A DNA stretch of 64,000 nt from Candidatus Omnitrophota bacterium (GCA_015233675.1 JADFXH010000002.1:78794-142793), one strand, 5' to 3'; counted from the stretch's first letter, positions 38,601-47,794 are shown. Notes: generated from the sequence alone by a model not told the origin. Numbers and translations: made by a program.

Positions 38601-38907
38601 TTCTACGACAGCAATGGCTCAAATTCCGTATCCATTTTCGAGTCCCATCAAGAACTCCCTTCCTTCATTAGTATTGTCAACAGTGGAAAAATCATTTGCG
38701 ATAAACGCAAATAACAAATATGGCGGTATAGACTTGACTTCCAATAACATGAATTTACAGACACAAAATGCGGGTAAGGGGATCAAATTTCATCTTGACC
38801 CTTCACAGTTAACGCAACTTAAAAACGCCTCTGGTTTTGTGCCGGTGATTATCAATATTCAACCAATGACAAATTTGCGGGGATTCTTGGAACTCGGGAA
38901 TGAATGA
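35605..38907 (+). CDS. Secreted 1100-aa mosaic protein: unknown N-terminal domain, rearranged HAD (beta-PGM-like) unit, DUF1861 beta-propeller, GGIDL C-terminal module
   Basis: Signal peptide IVIFAAFLVNGFGPLPAVRA. HAD motifs are GVGSSSS, GKPSGE and FGDAVADV, followed by FDVDGVIANS. DUF1861 hallmarks are IAGRVEAR, MKDIHLVELEDSRIMIMTRPQG, WGGAN, GVLGHIA, FEFDPDTGE. C-terminal YGGIDLTSNNMNLQ...FVPVIINIQPM. Confidence 0.7.
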   Translation: MKRSPLIHIVIFAAFLVNGFGPLPAVRADNSTVFTLGELHLSAVGAMVHLSPQFNPPILKGIKVHTDDPFRFDFILDQGNAPSFVKEGDGGSLKQEAAKLIKYFLASLTIPEKDLWVNLSPYEKNRIVPQSFGLTEMGRDLLAEDYMLKQITASLIYPEDKIGKKFWGRIYEEAAKKFGTTNIPVNTFNKVWIVPEKAVVYENAKAGTAYVVESRLKVMLEQDYLALEKHAKDDSLPLAGRAREGGLKAPQGNRLTPNRDLNALGSQIVREIVIPELAKEVNEGKNFAQLRQVYNSLILAIWYKKKIKDSILTQVYANQNKVKGVEYAQSILPQGSNQSPETSDVELIYQRYLQAFKKGVYNYIKEEQDLVTQSIISRKYFSGGFGFVDVAMRVETTSAMPVAVPSNMVVVDMAMSVISPNDGAPLKSDTANPLWSPAISYQDIIKDKNEIFKSIIANEPVKPYDTTVSLIKRLATDGYKMGVGSSSSRALQYLDSFGIKDDFRSIIDGEMVLRGEVPGKPSGEFFKAVAGKAGIDPVDTIVFGDAVADVKSAKAGGFGLIVALARNENAQLLKDAGADRVLPDIGNLNIETMKAWLKEKQPNAVFKGAIFDVDGVIANSGKQHFDSWQQVLNKYLQYRQGESYKEFTMKDYETYFAGRTGDVVVKEFLDSRGIQLPARSTAEKNMLQVAVPKFAGVGGKYVYNSFIFQAKIHPEDKKETTVIAGRVEARVGGVSQVVFFQKGPGGKWYPIKGAPVFESSEDPSLQKIGDKWVLSVVKVEDTGEKLESGIPKLVWQEKFFQFDTLNDLNPKEPIAQGPLWMKDIHLVELEDSRIMIMTRPQGGEYNGGRIGYVIVENFKKFVELGQGGKKESDLAKMMENGKVLEGLFTKDQWGGANALYLLENGKIGVLGHIAQRNKEGNREYSPMTFEFDPDTGEVSNFKIIGTWKSFEELLKAQHISIPVKVLDENKPEDLREVLFPTALLVGKDGKCFLCLGACDSTTAMAQIPYPFSSPIKNSLPSLVLSTVEKSFAINANNKYGGIDLTSNNMNLQTQNAGKGIKFHLDPSQLTQLKNASGFVPVIINIQPMTNLRGFLELGNE
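35846..35886. repeat. Solo copy of the DUF559-cassette TIR module, in frame inside the CDS
   Basis: ccccctcttt-tgtt-aaagaggggg is a perfect 10-bp stem at 35846-35869, followed by atggggggagttt. It shares the blocks ccccctctttt / aaagagggg / ggggagttt, in the same order, with TIR 22086-22121. It encodes APSFVKEGDGGS. Confidence 0.75.
36308..36340. repeat. Second GC-rich palindrome, in frame inside the CDS
   Basis: ccctcccccttgc-gggaagg-gcaagggaggggg forms a 13-bp stem with 1 mismatch and 1 G-U pair. It encodes SLPLAGRAREGG. Confidence 0.7.
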
Positions 38908-38936
38908 GATACGGATTCCCTGATAGCGGGGGTTGA

Positions 38937-39662
38937 ATGATCCATTTTAATATCAGTTTGTTTATCGTGTCAGTTTTAGCCGGGGGGATTGCCTGTATTT
39001 CCGGGTTTGGGATAGGAAGCCTTGTAACGCCGCTACTTGCTTTTAAAGTCGGTACAAGTGTCGCCGTTGCGGGTGTATCCATAGCGCATTTTTTGGGAAC
39101 AGCCTTGCGGTTTTGGTTATGGAAAAAATATATCAACAGGAAAGTCCTCTTAAGTTTTGGTTTGACCAGCGCTCTCGGAGGGCTTATCGGAGCGTTGTTC
39201 CACAATATTTTTCAAAATATCATTCTGACCGATATTTTCGGTTGTTTGTTAGTTTTTGCCGGATTCATGGGATTGACCGGGCTATCGGAAAATTGGCGGT
39301 TTCGTGGGGCTGTCGCATGGGGAGCAGGTGCGTTATCCGGGATATTCGGCGGGCTTGTGGGAAATCAGGGTGGCATCCGTTCCGCGGCCATGTTTGGATT
39401 TGACCTTAAAGGAAAAGAGTTTGTGGCAACCGCTACAGGTATTGCCCTTGCAGTGGATACTGCGCGGATGCCTGTTTATTGTTTCATGCAATGGAAGGAT
39501 ATTCAGAGCATTTGGCCCTTGATCGCTGTTGCCTCGGCAGGAGTTTTGATCGGAACTGAGATAGGCGTACGGGTTATGGGTAAAATCCCTGAAAATTTAT
39601 TTAAAAGATTTGTTTCGGGTGTTATTTTGCTTATTGGCGTGTTCATTTTGCTCCATAGATAA
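38937..39662 (+). CDS. TauE/SafE (DUF81) family anion exporter-like membrane protein
   Basis: 241 aa with about 7-8 glycine-rich TM helices and an internal two-fold repeat, typical of the TauE/SafE family. Confidence 0.8.
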   Translation: MIHFNISLFIVSVLAGGIACISGFGIGSLVTPLLAFKVGTSVAVAGVSIAHFLGTALRFWLWKKYINRKVLLSFGLTSALGGLIGALFHNIFQNIILTDIFGCLLVFAGFMGLTGLSENWRFRGAVAWGAGALSGIFGGLVGNQGGIRSAAMFGFDLKGKEFVATATGIALAVDTARMPVYCFMQWKDIQSIWPLIAVASAGVLIGTEIGVRVMGKIPENLFKRFVSGVILLIGVFILLHR

Positions 39663-39727
39663 TCTTGCCATGTTATAGATTTTTGGTAAGTACGTTTCCT
39701 TGCCCCTGCATTCTCTTTCGATTTCTC

Positions 39728-39757
39728 TTGATAAGAAAATCTTATGGGAGGTATAAT
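39728..39757 (+). promoter_or_regulatory. Sigma-70-like promoter upstream of the acetyl-CoA synthetase (ADP-forming) gene
   Basis: TTGATA (39728-39733), an 18-nt spacer, then TATAAT (39752-39757), 47 nt upstream of the ATG. Confidence 0.35.
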
Positions 39758-39803
39758 ATAAACCTTGTTGCCAACACTCTAAATAGAAAGTAAGATATTA
39801 ACC

Positions 39804-41936
39804 ATGAAAAATCTTAACTGTATTTTTAAGCCCAAACGGGTTGCCGTTATCGGCGCTTCACCGGATTCCAAAAAAATCGGCCATCAAATCCTGAAGAATA
39901 TTATTGAAGGGGGATATCAAGGGGAAATTATCCCTATTCATCCCAGCGCTGATACTGTCCTTGGGTATAAGGCGTATCGGTCCCTTAGTGATGTGCCAGA
40001 GGGAGTGGACCTGGTTGTTATTGCTATCCCGGCGGTATTAGTAGTAAAGGCCATGCAAGAATGCGCCCAGCGTAAAGCGGGAGCGGTTGCGGTTATCACC
40101 TCAGGTTTTGGCGAGGTGGGGAATATGGCGGAAGAGAAAAAATTAAAACAAATAGCGGATGAGAATAACATAGCCTTATTAGGCCCCAATATTTTCGGTT
40201 TAGCTTACCCCCCTAATAAACTGAATGCTAGTTTTGGCCCTAAGGATATTTATCCGGGGAGAATTGTGTTTATTACTCAGAGCGGGGCCTTGGGGATTGG
40301 TCTCATGGGCTGGACGTTCATGAAAAAAATTGGTCTGGCGGCGCTGGTCTGCCTCGGTAATAAAGCGGATATTGATGAAGAAGACTTAATCACCTATTTT
40401 AATAAAGATGAGAATGCCGATGTGCTTTTGTTATATATGGAAGGGCTTAAGGATGGGCGTAAATTCTTAAAGACCAGGATTGAAAAACCGACAGTTGTTC
40501 TTAAAGTCGGCCGTTCATCCAGAGGAGCCAAGGCGGCAGCTTCACATACAGGATCATTATCGGGATCAGATAAAATTTATGATGGGGTCTTCAAGCAGTT
40601 GGGGATCCTGCGCGCCGACACTTTCATCGAAGCTTTCAGCTGGGCCCGTGCGTTAGCACTTCCTTTACCTAAAGGAGAAGACACTATTATTATAACTAAC
40701 GGAGGCGGTATAGGAGTGGCTACTACTGATGAATGTGAGGCCAGAGGCATTAAGATATTAGATGATCCCGAATGGCTGGAAAAGAAATTCCGTTCTACCA
40801 TGCCAGATTATGGGAGCACTAAAAATCCTATTGATGTTACGGGAGGAGCAGGGGTTGCGGGTTATGAGCAAGCCTTGAAGATTGCTTTTGCAGAAGAGAG
40901 GATCAAAGCTGTCATTGTTCTTTACTGTGAAACGGCGGTCACTGATCCAATGGATATTTCCAGGGCTGTTAAGGATGCTTTTGAAAAGGCGGGACGGAAT
41001 AAACCGGTAGTTGTTGCCATGGTTGGCGGGGACAGGACACGCGATGCCCTTGTTTATTTAAATGAGAATTATATCCCTGCATCCAGTCTCGTTGATGTAT
41101 CTATTTCTGCCCTTAAGGCTGTTTATAGATGGGCAGAGATCAAGTCCCGCACATCATCCAAGCCTGTTATAGAACCTTTGCCTTCACAGGCGGCTAAAAT
41201 CCTTGATGCGGTCAGAGCACAAGGAAGAGATATTTTAATGGAACATGAGGCCCGCGAGGTCATGGAGATTTGCGGCGTTCCGACGCCTCCCTGGGGATTT
41301 GCCAAATCTGTCCAGGAAGCTGTACAAATCGCAGAATCCAAAAAATTATATCCCCTGGCCATGAAGATAGCGTCTGTTGATATCGTTCATAAATCCGACG
41401 TAGGCGGTGTTGTTCTTAATATCCGTGACAGTCAGGAATTAAGTGAAAAGTATGAAGCTATGATGGCCAGGATCAAAAAGGCCATGCCTGACGCCAGATT
41501 ATTAGGCGTTAATTTGATAAAAATGAGCAGCGGCATAGAATGTATTGTCGGCATCACTCGGGACCCGCAATTTGGCCCGGCGGTGATGTTTGGTTTAGGA
41601 GGAGTTTTTGTGGAAGCTCTTAAGGATGTGTCTTTCCGGGTCGTTCCCTTTGACGGCGCAGAAGCCGATCGGATGATAGGAGAGATCAAAGCTAAAAAGA
41701 TCCTGGAAGGCTTTCGCGGAATGAAGGCCGATAAGCCATCCATTATTAAGACCCTTCTGGCAGTTCAAAAACTGGCTCCTTATGTAAAGGAAATCGATAT
41801 TAATCCATTATTGACTAATCAAGAAGGTTCGTATGCTGTGGATGCCAGAATTGTGTTAAATATGGATAGCTCAGCGGCAGATCCGCACTTAGTCAAAGAT
41901 GATGAAGACATAGAGATACCATCGGCTTCTCTTTAA
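39804..41936 (+). CDS. Acetyl-CoA synthetase (ADP-forming), fused alpha/beta (acetate--CoA ligase family)
   Basis: CoA-binding domain VAVIGASPDSKKIGH, phospho-His loop AASHTGSLSGS, and a C-terminal ATP-grasp domain (YPLAMKIASVDIVHKSDVGGV). Confidence 0.85.
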   Translation: MKNLNCIFKPKRVAVIGASPDSKKIGHQILKNIIEGGYQGEIIPIHPSADTVLGYKAYRSLSDVPEGVDLVVIAIPAVLVVKAMQECAQRKAGAVAVITSGFGEVGNMAEEKKLKQIADENNIALLGPNIFGLAYPPNKLNASFGPKDIYPGRIVFITQSGALGIGLMGWTFMKKIGLAALVCLGNKADIDEEDLITYFNKDENADVLLLYMEGLKDGRKFLKTRIEKPTVVLKVGRSSRGAKAAASHTGSLSGSDKIYDGVFKQLGILRADTFIEAFSWARALALPLPKGEDTIIITNGGGIGVATTDECEARGIKILDDPEWLEKKFRSTMPDYGSTKNPIDVTGGAGVAGYEQALKIAFAEERIKAVIVLYCETAVTDPMDISRAVKDAFEKAGRNKPVVVAMVGGDRTRDALVYLNENYIPASSLVDVSISALKAVYRWAEIKSRTSSKPVIEPLPSQAAKILDAVRAQGRDILMEHEAREVMEICGVPTPPWGFAKSVQEAVQIAESKKLYPLAMKIASVDIVHKSDVGGVVLNIRDSQELSEKYEAMMARIKKAMPDARLLGVNLIKMSSGIECIVGITRDPQFGPAVMFGLGGVFVEALKDVSFRVVPFDGAEADRMIGEIKAKKILEGFRGMKADKPSIIKTLLAVQKLAPYVKEIDINPLLTNQEGSYAVDARIVLNMDSSAADPHLVKDDEDIEIPSASL

Positions 41937-42029
41937 AGTAGCCCTTTAATATCAAGACCAAGACAGGCCCCGTGGCTAGGGGATAAAAGTAACATTTTTA
42001 TAGAATTTTAAAATTAGATAGGGGTAGTT

Positions 42030-45000
42030 ATGAATAATCGTCGTCAGGTAACCATTGATGGGAATGAAGCCGCAGCTTATTCGGCTTTTGCAGTTAATGA
42101 AGTGATCGCTATTTATCCGATAACTCCTTCTTCGCCGATGGGTGAATGGGCAGATGAGTGGTATAGTGCCGGACACAAGAATATCTGGGGCACAACGCCT
42201 TTAGTTCAGGAGATGCAAAGTGAGGCGGGTGTTGCTGGTGCTGTCCATGGAGCGATTCAAACAGGTGCTTTGACCACAACGTTTACCTGCTCACAGGGTT
42301 TGCTTTTAATGCTTCCTAATATGTATAAGATCGCCGGAGAACTTTCTTCAACGGTTTTCCATGTTGCCGCTCGGTCTCTTGCCACCCAGGCGCTTTCGAT
42401 TTTTGGAGACCATCAAGATGTGATGGCCGCGCGAATGACCGGTTTTGCCATGATTTGTTCGTGTTCTGTCCAGGAAGTAATGGATTTTGCCCTCATCGCC
42501 CAGGTTGCGACCCTGGAGTCCCGTATTCCGTTTTTACATTTTTTTGACGGATTTCGTACCTCCCATGAAGTTGCCAAGATTGAACAGCTCTCCATGGATG
42601 ATATACGTGCCATGATTGATGAGAATCATGTTTTAGCCCATCGTCAAAGAAGACTGACCCCTGATAACCCTGTTATCCGCGGAACAGCGCAAAATCCGGA
42701 TGTCCATTTTCAAGCCAGGGAGACTGTTAACCCGTTTTATCAAGCTTGTCCTGCAATGGTGCAAAAAGCCATGGATAAGTTTGCAAAGGTCACAGGCCGT
42801 CAGTACACATTATTTCAATATTATGGCGATCCTGATGCCCAGCGTGTCGTCGTTATTATGGGTTCCGGCGCCGAGACGTGCCAGGATACGGTTGATTATC
42901 TCAATAGCCAAAAACAGAAAGTGGGTATTCTCAAAGTCCGTTTATACCGGCCGTTTGCCAAGGAATTATTTATTGAGGCCCTGCCAAAGACAGTCAAATC
43001 TATTGCAGTTTTAGACAGGACAAAGGAACCGGGAAGCAGTGAGCCTTTATATTTGGATGTTGTCAATGCCTTAGTGGAATGCGGACAAAGTCGTTTTGAA
43101 CACAACCCTAAGGTGATCGGCGGACGATATGGAATTTCATCCAAAGAATTTACACCGGCAATGATTAAAGCCGTCTTTGATGAATTAGCCAAGCCCCAAG
43201 CAAAGAACCATTTTACTGTCGGCATTAATGATGATGTTTCTAAAACCAGTTTAGACTATGATGAGAATTTTATTATAGAACATAATGAGGGAGTTAGGGG
43301 CATTTTCTATGGCTTAGGAGCAGACGGGACAGTGAGTGCCAATAAAAATTCCATTAAGATTATCGGCGAGAATACTCCGCTTTTTGCCCAGGGTTATTTT
43401 GTCTATGATTCCAAGAAGTCGGGGTCAATGACGGTGTCTCATTTACGTTTTGGGCCCAAACCCATTCATTCTTCCTACTTGGTTAATAAAGCTAATTTTG
43501 TGGCGTGCCATCAGTCACAATTTTTGGAATCCACAGATGTTCTCAAAGGGATTCAAGAGGGAGGCATCTTCCTTTTAAATACTCCTTGTGCGCCTGAGCA
43601 AATTTGGGAGAGGATTCCGCGGTCAATGGCCCAGACGATAAAGGACAAGAAACTGCGCTTCTTTGTCATTGATGCTTATAGTGTTGCGCGTAAGTCCGGC
43701 ATGGGCATGAGGATTAACACGATCATGCAGACCTGCTTTTTTGCTATTTCAGGCGTTCTTCCTAAAGAAGACGCAATAAAAGCCATTAAAGATTCTATCA
43801 AAAAAGCTTATGGCAAAAAAGGTGAGGACGTCTTAAAGATGAATTATGACGCCGTAGACAATACGCTTGCGAATTTATATGAAGTCAAGATACCCGATCA
43901 GGTCACCAGCCGTATTGAAATTGATCATAGGGTCCCTGCGTCAGCGCCGGAATTTGTCCGTCGCGTGACCTTTGAGATGATCAAAGGCAACGGCGAGATG
44001 TTGCCTGTCAGCGCCATGCCGTGTGATGGCACCTTTCCGGTTGGGACAACGAAATGGGAAAAGCGCAATATAGCCCAGGAAATCCCTGTTTGGGATAATG
44101 AGATTTGTATCCAATGCGGTAAATGTGCCATGGTTTGTCCGCATTCAGTAATTCGCATCAAGGCTTACGATAATAAGTATTTGCAAGGGGCCCCGTCAAC
44201 CTTTAAAACAATGGAAGCCAAGGATCGTGAGTGGGCCGGGATGAAATACACTATCCAAATCGCCCCGGAAGATTGTACCGGCTGCGCTGTTTGTGTGGAT
44301 GTTTGCCCTGTCAAGAATAAGTCGGAGACTAAATTTAAGGCTATTAATATGAAACCTCAGCCGCCGTTGCGTGAGGAAGAAAAGAAAAACTGGGAATTTT
44401 TCTTAAATATCCCTGAAGTCGACCGTAATTTAGTAAAAAAGAACGCGGTCCGTTCCTCTCAAGCACTGCAACCCTTGTTCGAATTCTCCGGCGCATGTGC
44501 CGGCTGCGGAGAGACCCCGTATGTTAAACTAGCGACCCAATTGTTTGGGGACCGGATGGTCGTTGCCAATGCCACGGGTTGTTCATCAATCTACGGGGGA
44601 AATTTACCGACGACCCCTTATACCAAAAACAATGAAGGCAGGGGGCCAACGTGGTCGAACTCGTTGTTTGAAGATAACGCTGAATTTGGATTGGGATTCA
44701 GGCTTTCCATAGATAAACAGAAAGAATTAGCTTGTGAGTATGTGAAAAAATTAGAAAGCGTGATCGGAACCCAATTAGTTGAAGAGATCATCAGTGCTCA
44801 GCAAAAAGATGAGCCTGAAATTTTCCAACAACGACAGAGGGTAGAGATCCTTAAAGAAAAATTAAAAGGCCAATCATCTGCGGATGCCAAGGTATTGCTG
44901 TCAATTGCAGATATGCTTGTCAAAAAAAGCGTCTGGATCCTCGGAGGAGACGGATGGGCGTATGATATAGGATATGGCGGGTTAGATCATGTCATTTCCT

Positions 45001-45599
45001 CGGGCCGGAACGTCAATATCCTGGTCCTTGATACTGAAGTTTACTCTAATACAGGCGGGCAGGCTTCTAAATCTACTTCACGTTCGGCTGTGGCAAAATT
45101 TGCCGCTGGAGGCAAGTTAACTCCGAAAAAAGATTTGGCAAGAATGGCGATGACCTATGGGTATGTGTATGTGGCCACTGTTTCTATGGGAGCTAAAGAT
45201 GAACATACGCTTAAAACATTCCTTGAGGCAGAAGCTTTTGATGGCCCGTCTTTGATCATTGCTTACAGTCATTGCATCGCTCATGGTATTAATATGACAA
45301 CGGCTTTGCAAAATCAAAAGTTAGCTGTCAGTACCGGTTATTGGCCGTTGTTCCGATTTAATCCTGACCTGATAAAAGAAGGGAAAAACCCGTTAATACT
45401 GGATTCTTCTGCGCCTAAGGGCTTTTTGCAGGAGTTCTTGAATATTGAGAATCGATTTAAAATGTTAAGTAAAACTGATCCAGAAGCAGCTAAGAGATTA
45501 GCAGCTTTGGCCCAGAACGATGTGAATGAACGCTGGAAAATATACAGCGCCATGGCGTCTTCACCTGAAGCAGCGCAAAATACCAAGACGTCAGCATAA
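42030..45599 (+). CDS. nifJ: Pyruvate:ferredoxin (flavodoxin) oxidoreductase, single-polypeptide type
   Basis: 1189 aa with two ferredoxin motifs (CIQCGKCAMVCP, CTGCAVCVDVCP) and the TPP site GGDGWAYDIGYGGLDH. Confidence 0.95.
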   Translation: MNNRRQVTIDGNEAAAYSAFAVNEVIAIYPITPSSPMGEWADEWYSAGHKNIWGTTPLVQEMQSEAGVAGAVHGAIQTGALTTTFTCSQGLLLMLPNMYKIAGELSSTVFHVAARSLATQALSIFGDHQDVMAARMTGFAMICSCSVQEVMDFALIAQVATLESRIPFLHFFDGFRTSHEVAKIEQLSMDDIRAMIDENHVLAHRQRRLTPDNPVIRGTAQNPDVHFQARETVNPFYQACPAMVQKAMDKFAKVTGRQYTLFQYYGDPDAQRVVVIMGSGAETCQDTVDYLNSQKQKVGILKVRLYRPFAKELFIEALPKTVKSIAVLDRTKEPGSSEPLYLDVVNALVECGQSRFEHNPKVIGGRYGISSKEFTPAMIKAVFDELAKPQAKNHFTVGINDDVSKTSLDYDENFIIEHNEGVRGIFYGLGADGTVSANKNSIKIIGENTPLFAQGYFVYDSKKSGSMTVSHLRFGPKPIHSSYLVNKANFVACHQSQFLESTDVLKGIQEGGIFLLNTPCAPEQIWERIPRSMAQTIKDKKLRFFVIDAYSVARKSGMGMRINTIMQTCFFAISGVLPKEDAIKAIKDSIKKAYGKKGEDVLKMNYDAVDNTLANLYEVKIPDQVTSRIEIDHRVPASAPEFVRRVTFEMIKGNGEMLPVSAMPCDGTFPVGTTKWEKRNIAQEIPVWDNEICIQCGKCAMVCPHSVIRIKAYDNKYLQGAPSTFKTMEAKDREWAGMKYTIQIAPEDCTGCAVCVDVCPVKNKSETKFKAINMKPQPPLREEEKKNWEFFLNIPEVDRNLVKKNAVRSSQALQPLFEFSGACAGCGETPYVKLATQLFGDRMVVANATGCSSIYGGNLPTTPYTKNNEGRGPTWSNSLFEDNAEFGLGFRLSIDKQKELACEYVKKLESVIGTQLVEEIISAQQKDEPEIFQQRQRVEILKEKLKGQSSADAKVLLSIADMLVKKSVWILGGDGWAYDIGYGGLDHVISSGRNVNILVLDTEVYSNTGGQASKSTSRSAVAKFAAGGKLTPKKDLARMAMTYGYVYVATVSMGAKDEHTLKTFLEAEAFDGPSLIIAYSHCIAHGINMTTALQNQKLAVSTGYWPLFRFNPDLIKEGKNPLILDSSAPKGFLQEFLNIENRFKMLSKTDPEAAKRLAALAQNDVNERWKIYSAMASSPEAAQNTKTSA

Positions 45600-45618
45600 A
45601 TTAGAAGGGAGCAAAAAG

Positions 45619-46617
45619 GTGGATTTAAAAACTTCGTATATGGGGATGGAATTAAAAAATCCTTTGGTGGCGTCCGCATCTCCCCTGTCTAAAAGTATTG
45701 ATAATTTACGCAAACTTGAGGATGCCGGGATCGCGGCGGTTGTCATGTATTCTTTGTTTGAAGAACAGTTAACTTATGAGAAATATGAATTAGACCACTA
45801 TTTGACAGAAGGGACAGAAAGCTTTGCCGAGTCTCTTAGTTATTTCCCCCACCCTAGTGAGTTTACTGTTGGACCCGAAGAATATTTGGAACATATCTAC
45901 CGTGCTAAGAAAGCCGTTGGTGTTCCTATTATCGGAAGCCTCAACGCCCATTCCGACGGCGGCTGGGTGACCTATGCGAAACAGATTCAAGACGCCGGGG
46001 CAGATGCCTTGGAATTAAATATTTATTTCCTGGCGACTGACCCTAGTATAAGCAGCCTTCAGGTTGAAAATGTTTATATTGATACGCTTAAAGCCATCAA
46101 ACAAAATGTGTCGATACCTGTTGCAATTAAAATAGGTCCTTATTTTAGTTCAATGGCAAATATGGCCAAGAGGCTCGATGAGGCAGGTGCGAATGCGCTG
46201 GTTTTGTTTAACCGTTTTTATCAGCCTGATATTGATTTAGAAAATTTGGCCGTTGATCCTAAAGTTCTTTATAGTACGCCTCAGGCCATGAGATTGCCTT
46301 TGCGTTGGGTGGCCATTCTTTATGGAAAGATCAAGGCCAGCCTTGCCGCTACCAGCGGGATCCATTCAAGTGACGATGTCATTAAGATGGTTATGTCGGG
46401 GGCTAACGTCACCATGCTTTGTTCGGTGCTGCTTAGAAACGGAATCGGAACCACATCCGATATCTTAGCGGGAATCGAGAGGTGGATGAGTGAACATGAA
46501 TACGTGTCAATTAAACAAATGCAGGGAAGCATGAGCCAGAAATCTTGTGTTAATCCGGAAGGTTTTGAACGCGCCAATTACATGAAAGCGTTAAATAACT
46601 TCAAAAAAATAGTGTAG
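45619..46617 (+). CDS. Dihydroorotate dehydrogenase-like TIM-barrel flavoprotein (PFOR-associated)
   Basis: LKNPLVASASPLS, GADALELNIY, TSGIHSSDDVIKMVMSGA. GTG 45619 sits behind gaaggga. The 45526 call overlaps nifJ by 74 nt. Confidence 0.8.
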   Translation: MDLKTSYMGMELKNPLVASASPLSKSIDNLRKLEDAGIAAVVMYSLFEEQLTYEKYELDHYLTEGTESFAESLSYFPHPSEFTVGPEEYLEHIYRAKKAVGVPIIGSLNAHSDGGWVTYAKQIQDAGADALELNIYFLATDPSISSLQVENVYIDTLKAIKQNVSIPVAIKIGPYFSSMANMAKRLDEAGANALVLFNRFYQPDIDLENLAVDPKVLYSTPQAMRLPLRWVAILYGKIKASLAATSGIHSSDDVIKMVMSGANVTMLCSVLLRNGIGTTSDILAGIERWMSEHEYVSIKQMQGSMSQKSCVNPEGFERANYMKALNNFKKIV

Positions 46618-46765
46618 AAATATCTGGTAATAGTTTATTTAGTCAAACGCTTAATTACGCCTCATAAAGCCACCCGGCCCTTATGCCGGACATTTATTGA
46701 TATCCGTTGGAAGTTTCCCGAGGGTTGAACTGATACAATATTTGTGTTTTGGGTGAATTGGCGGA

Positions 46766-47656
46766 TTATTTTGAAATGGAATCAATAAAGATCCTGGCGG
46801 CTTTTGTAAATATTTTCGTATCGCTATAGACAAGAGCTAAAGGCCTTTTTAGATCAAATTTTTGTACGGGAATAATTTCCAGGGATTTGTTTTCTAATTC
46901 TTGGAGTATGGTTGTTTTGGGAAGGATGGAACATCCCATTCCGACTTCGACAGCATTCTTGATTGTTTCGATATTTGTGTATTCTTTGACAACATTGGTT
47001 TTAATTTTATGATTTTTGAAGAATTGGCTGATCGCAGCTCCCGTGGGGGTAGATAAGTCAAAACCGATAAAATTGATGTTATTAAGTTTTTCCAGGGTAG
47101 ATTTTTTGCTTTTAATAATCCTGTATTTAGGCGATTGCACCAGTACAAGCTGATCAAAAGCGAACACTTTACTCGTAAAACCTTTGATCTCTTTGGGAAA
47201 AGCTACTAAGGCAAAATCAACCGCCTTATCCTGGATCATTTGGTAAATATTGTTTGGGGAACAATATTCCAGATGGATATTGATTTTGGGGTATTGTTTC
47301 AAAACATGCTGAATGACGGATTTTAATTGATAAAGGCCGATACTATAAATAGAAGCGATTCGGATCGATCCAATGGAGAGATTATTGACTTTTTCAATCT
47401 CATTTTTAGCTTCCTGGAAGGAATCAAGCATCCGTTGAGCGTAAGCTAAAAAGATTTTTCCGGCGGGGGTCAATACCGTCTTTTTTGAGGAACGTTCGAA
47501 CAAGGAACAATTAAGATTTTTCTCTAAAATCCGGATATGCTGGGATACCGCCGGTTGTGTGATGTTATTACGTTGTGCGGCTAACCTGAAGGAGCCGGTT
47601 TGGGCAACGCAAATAAAGCTTTTTACGAAGAATAGATCGACCATAGTTTTAAACAT
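46766..47656 (-). CDS. LysR family transcriptional regulator
   Basis: N-terminal wHTH FRLAAQRNNITQPAVSQHIRILE plus a LysR substrate-binding domain. It is divergent from hoxE. Confidence 0.9.
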   Translation of the reverse strand: MFKTMVDLFFVKSFICVAQTGSFRLAAQRNNITQPAVSQHIRILEKNLNCSLFERSSKKTVLTPAGKIFLAYAQRMLDSFQEAKNEIEKVNNLSIGSIRIASIYSIGLYQLKSVIQHVLKQYPKINIHLEYCSPNNIYQMIQDKAVDFALVAFPKEIKGFTSKVFAFDQLVLVQSPKYRIIKSKKSTLEKLNNINFIGFDLSTPTGAAISQFFKNHKIKTNVVKEYTNIETIKNAVEVGMGCSILPKTTILQELENKSLEIIPVQKFDLKRPLALVYSDTKIFTKAARIFIDSISK

Positions 47657-47794
47657 CTGTAATAAATATTATGTAGAAAGTATAACATAAAGAAAGTTGT
47701 TATTCTTCTTAAAATTAACGGGACACATGTCCTTAAGGCGTTTGGAATTTGTTTAAACTGGTGATCCTCAAATGCTGACAAAGCCGGAGCTCAT

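Noticed and set aside
47759-47776. Sigma-54 promoter (TGG...TGC) upstream of hoxE
   Set aside because: The GG and GC dinucleotides are separated by 12 nt rather than the required 10, and the flanking bases do not match TGGCAC/TTGCA.
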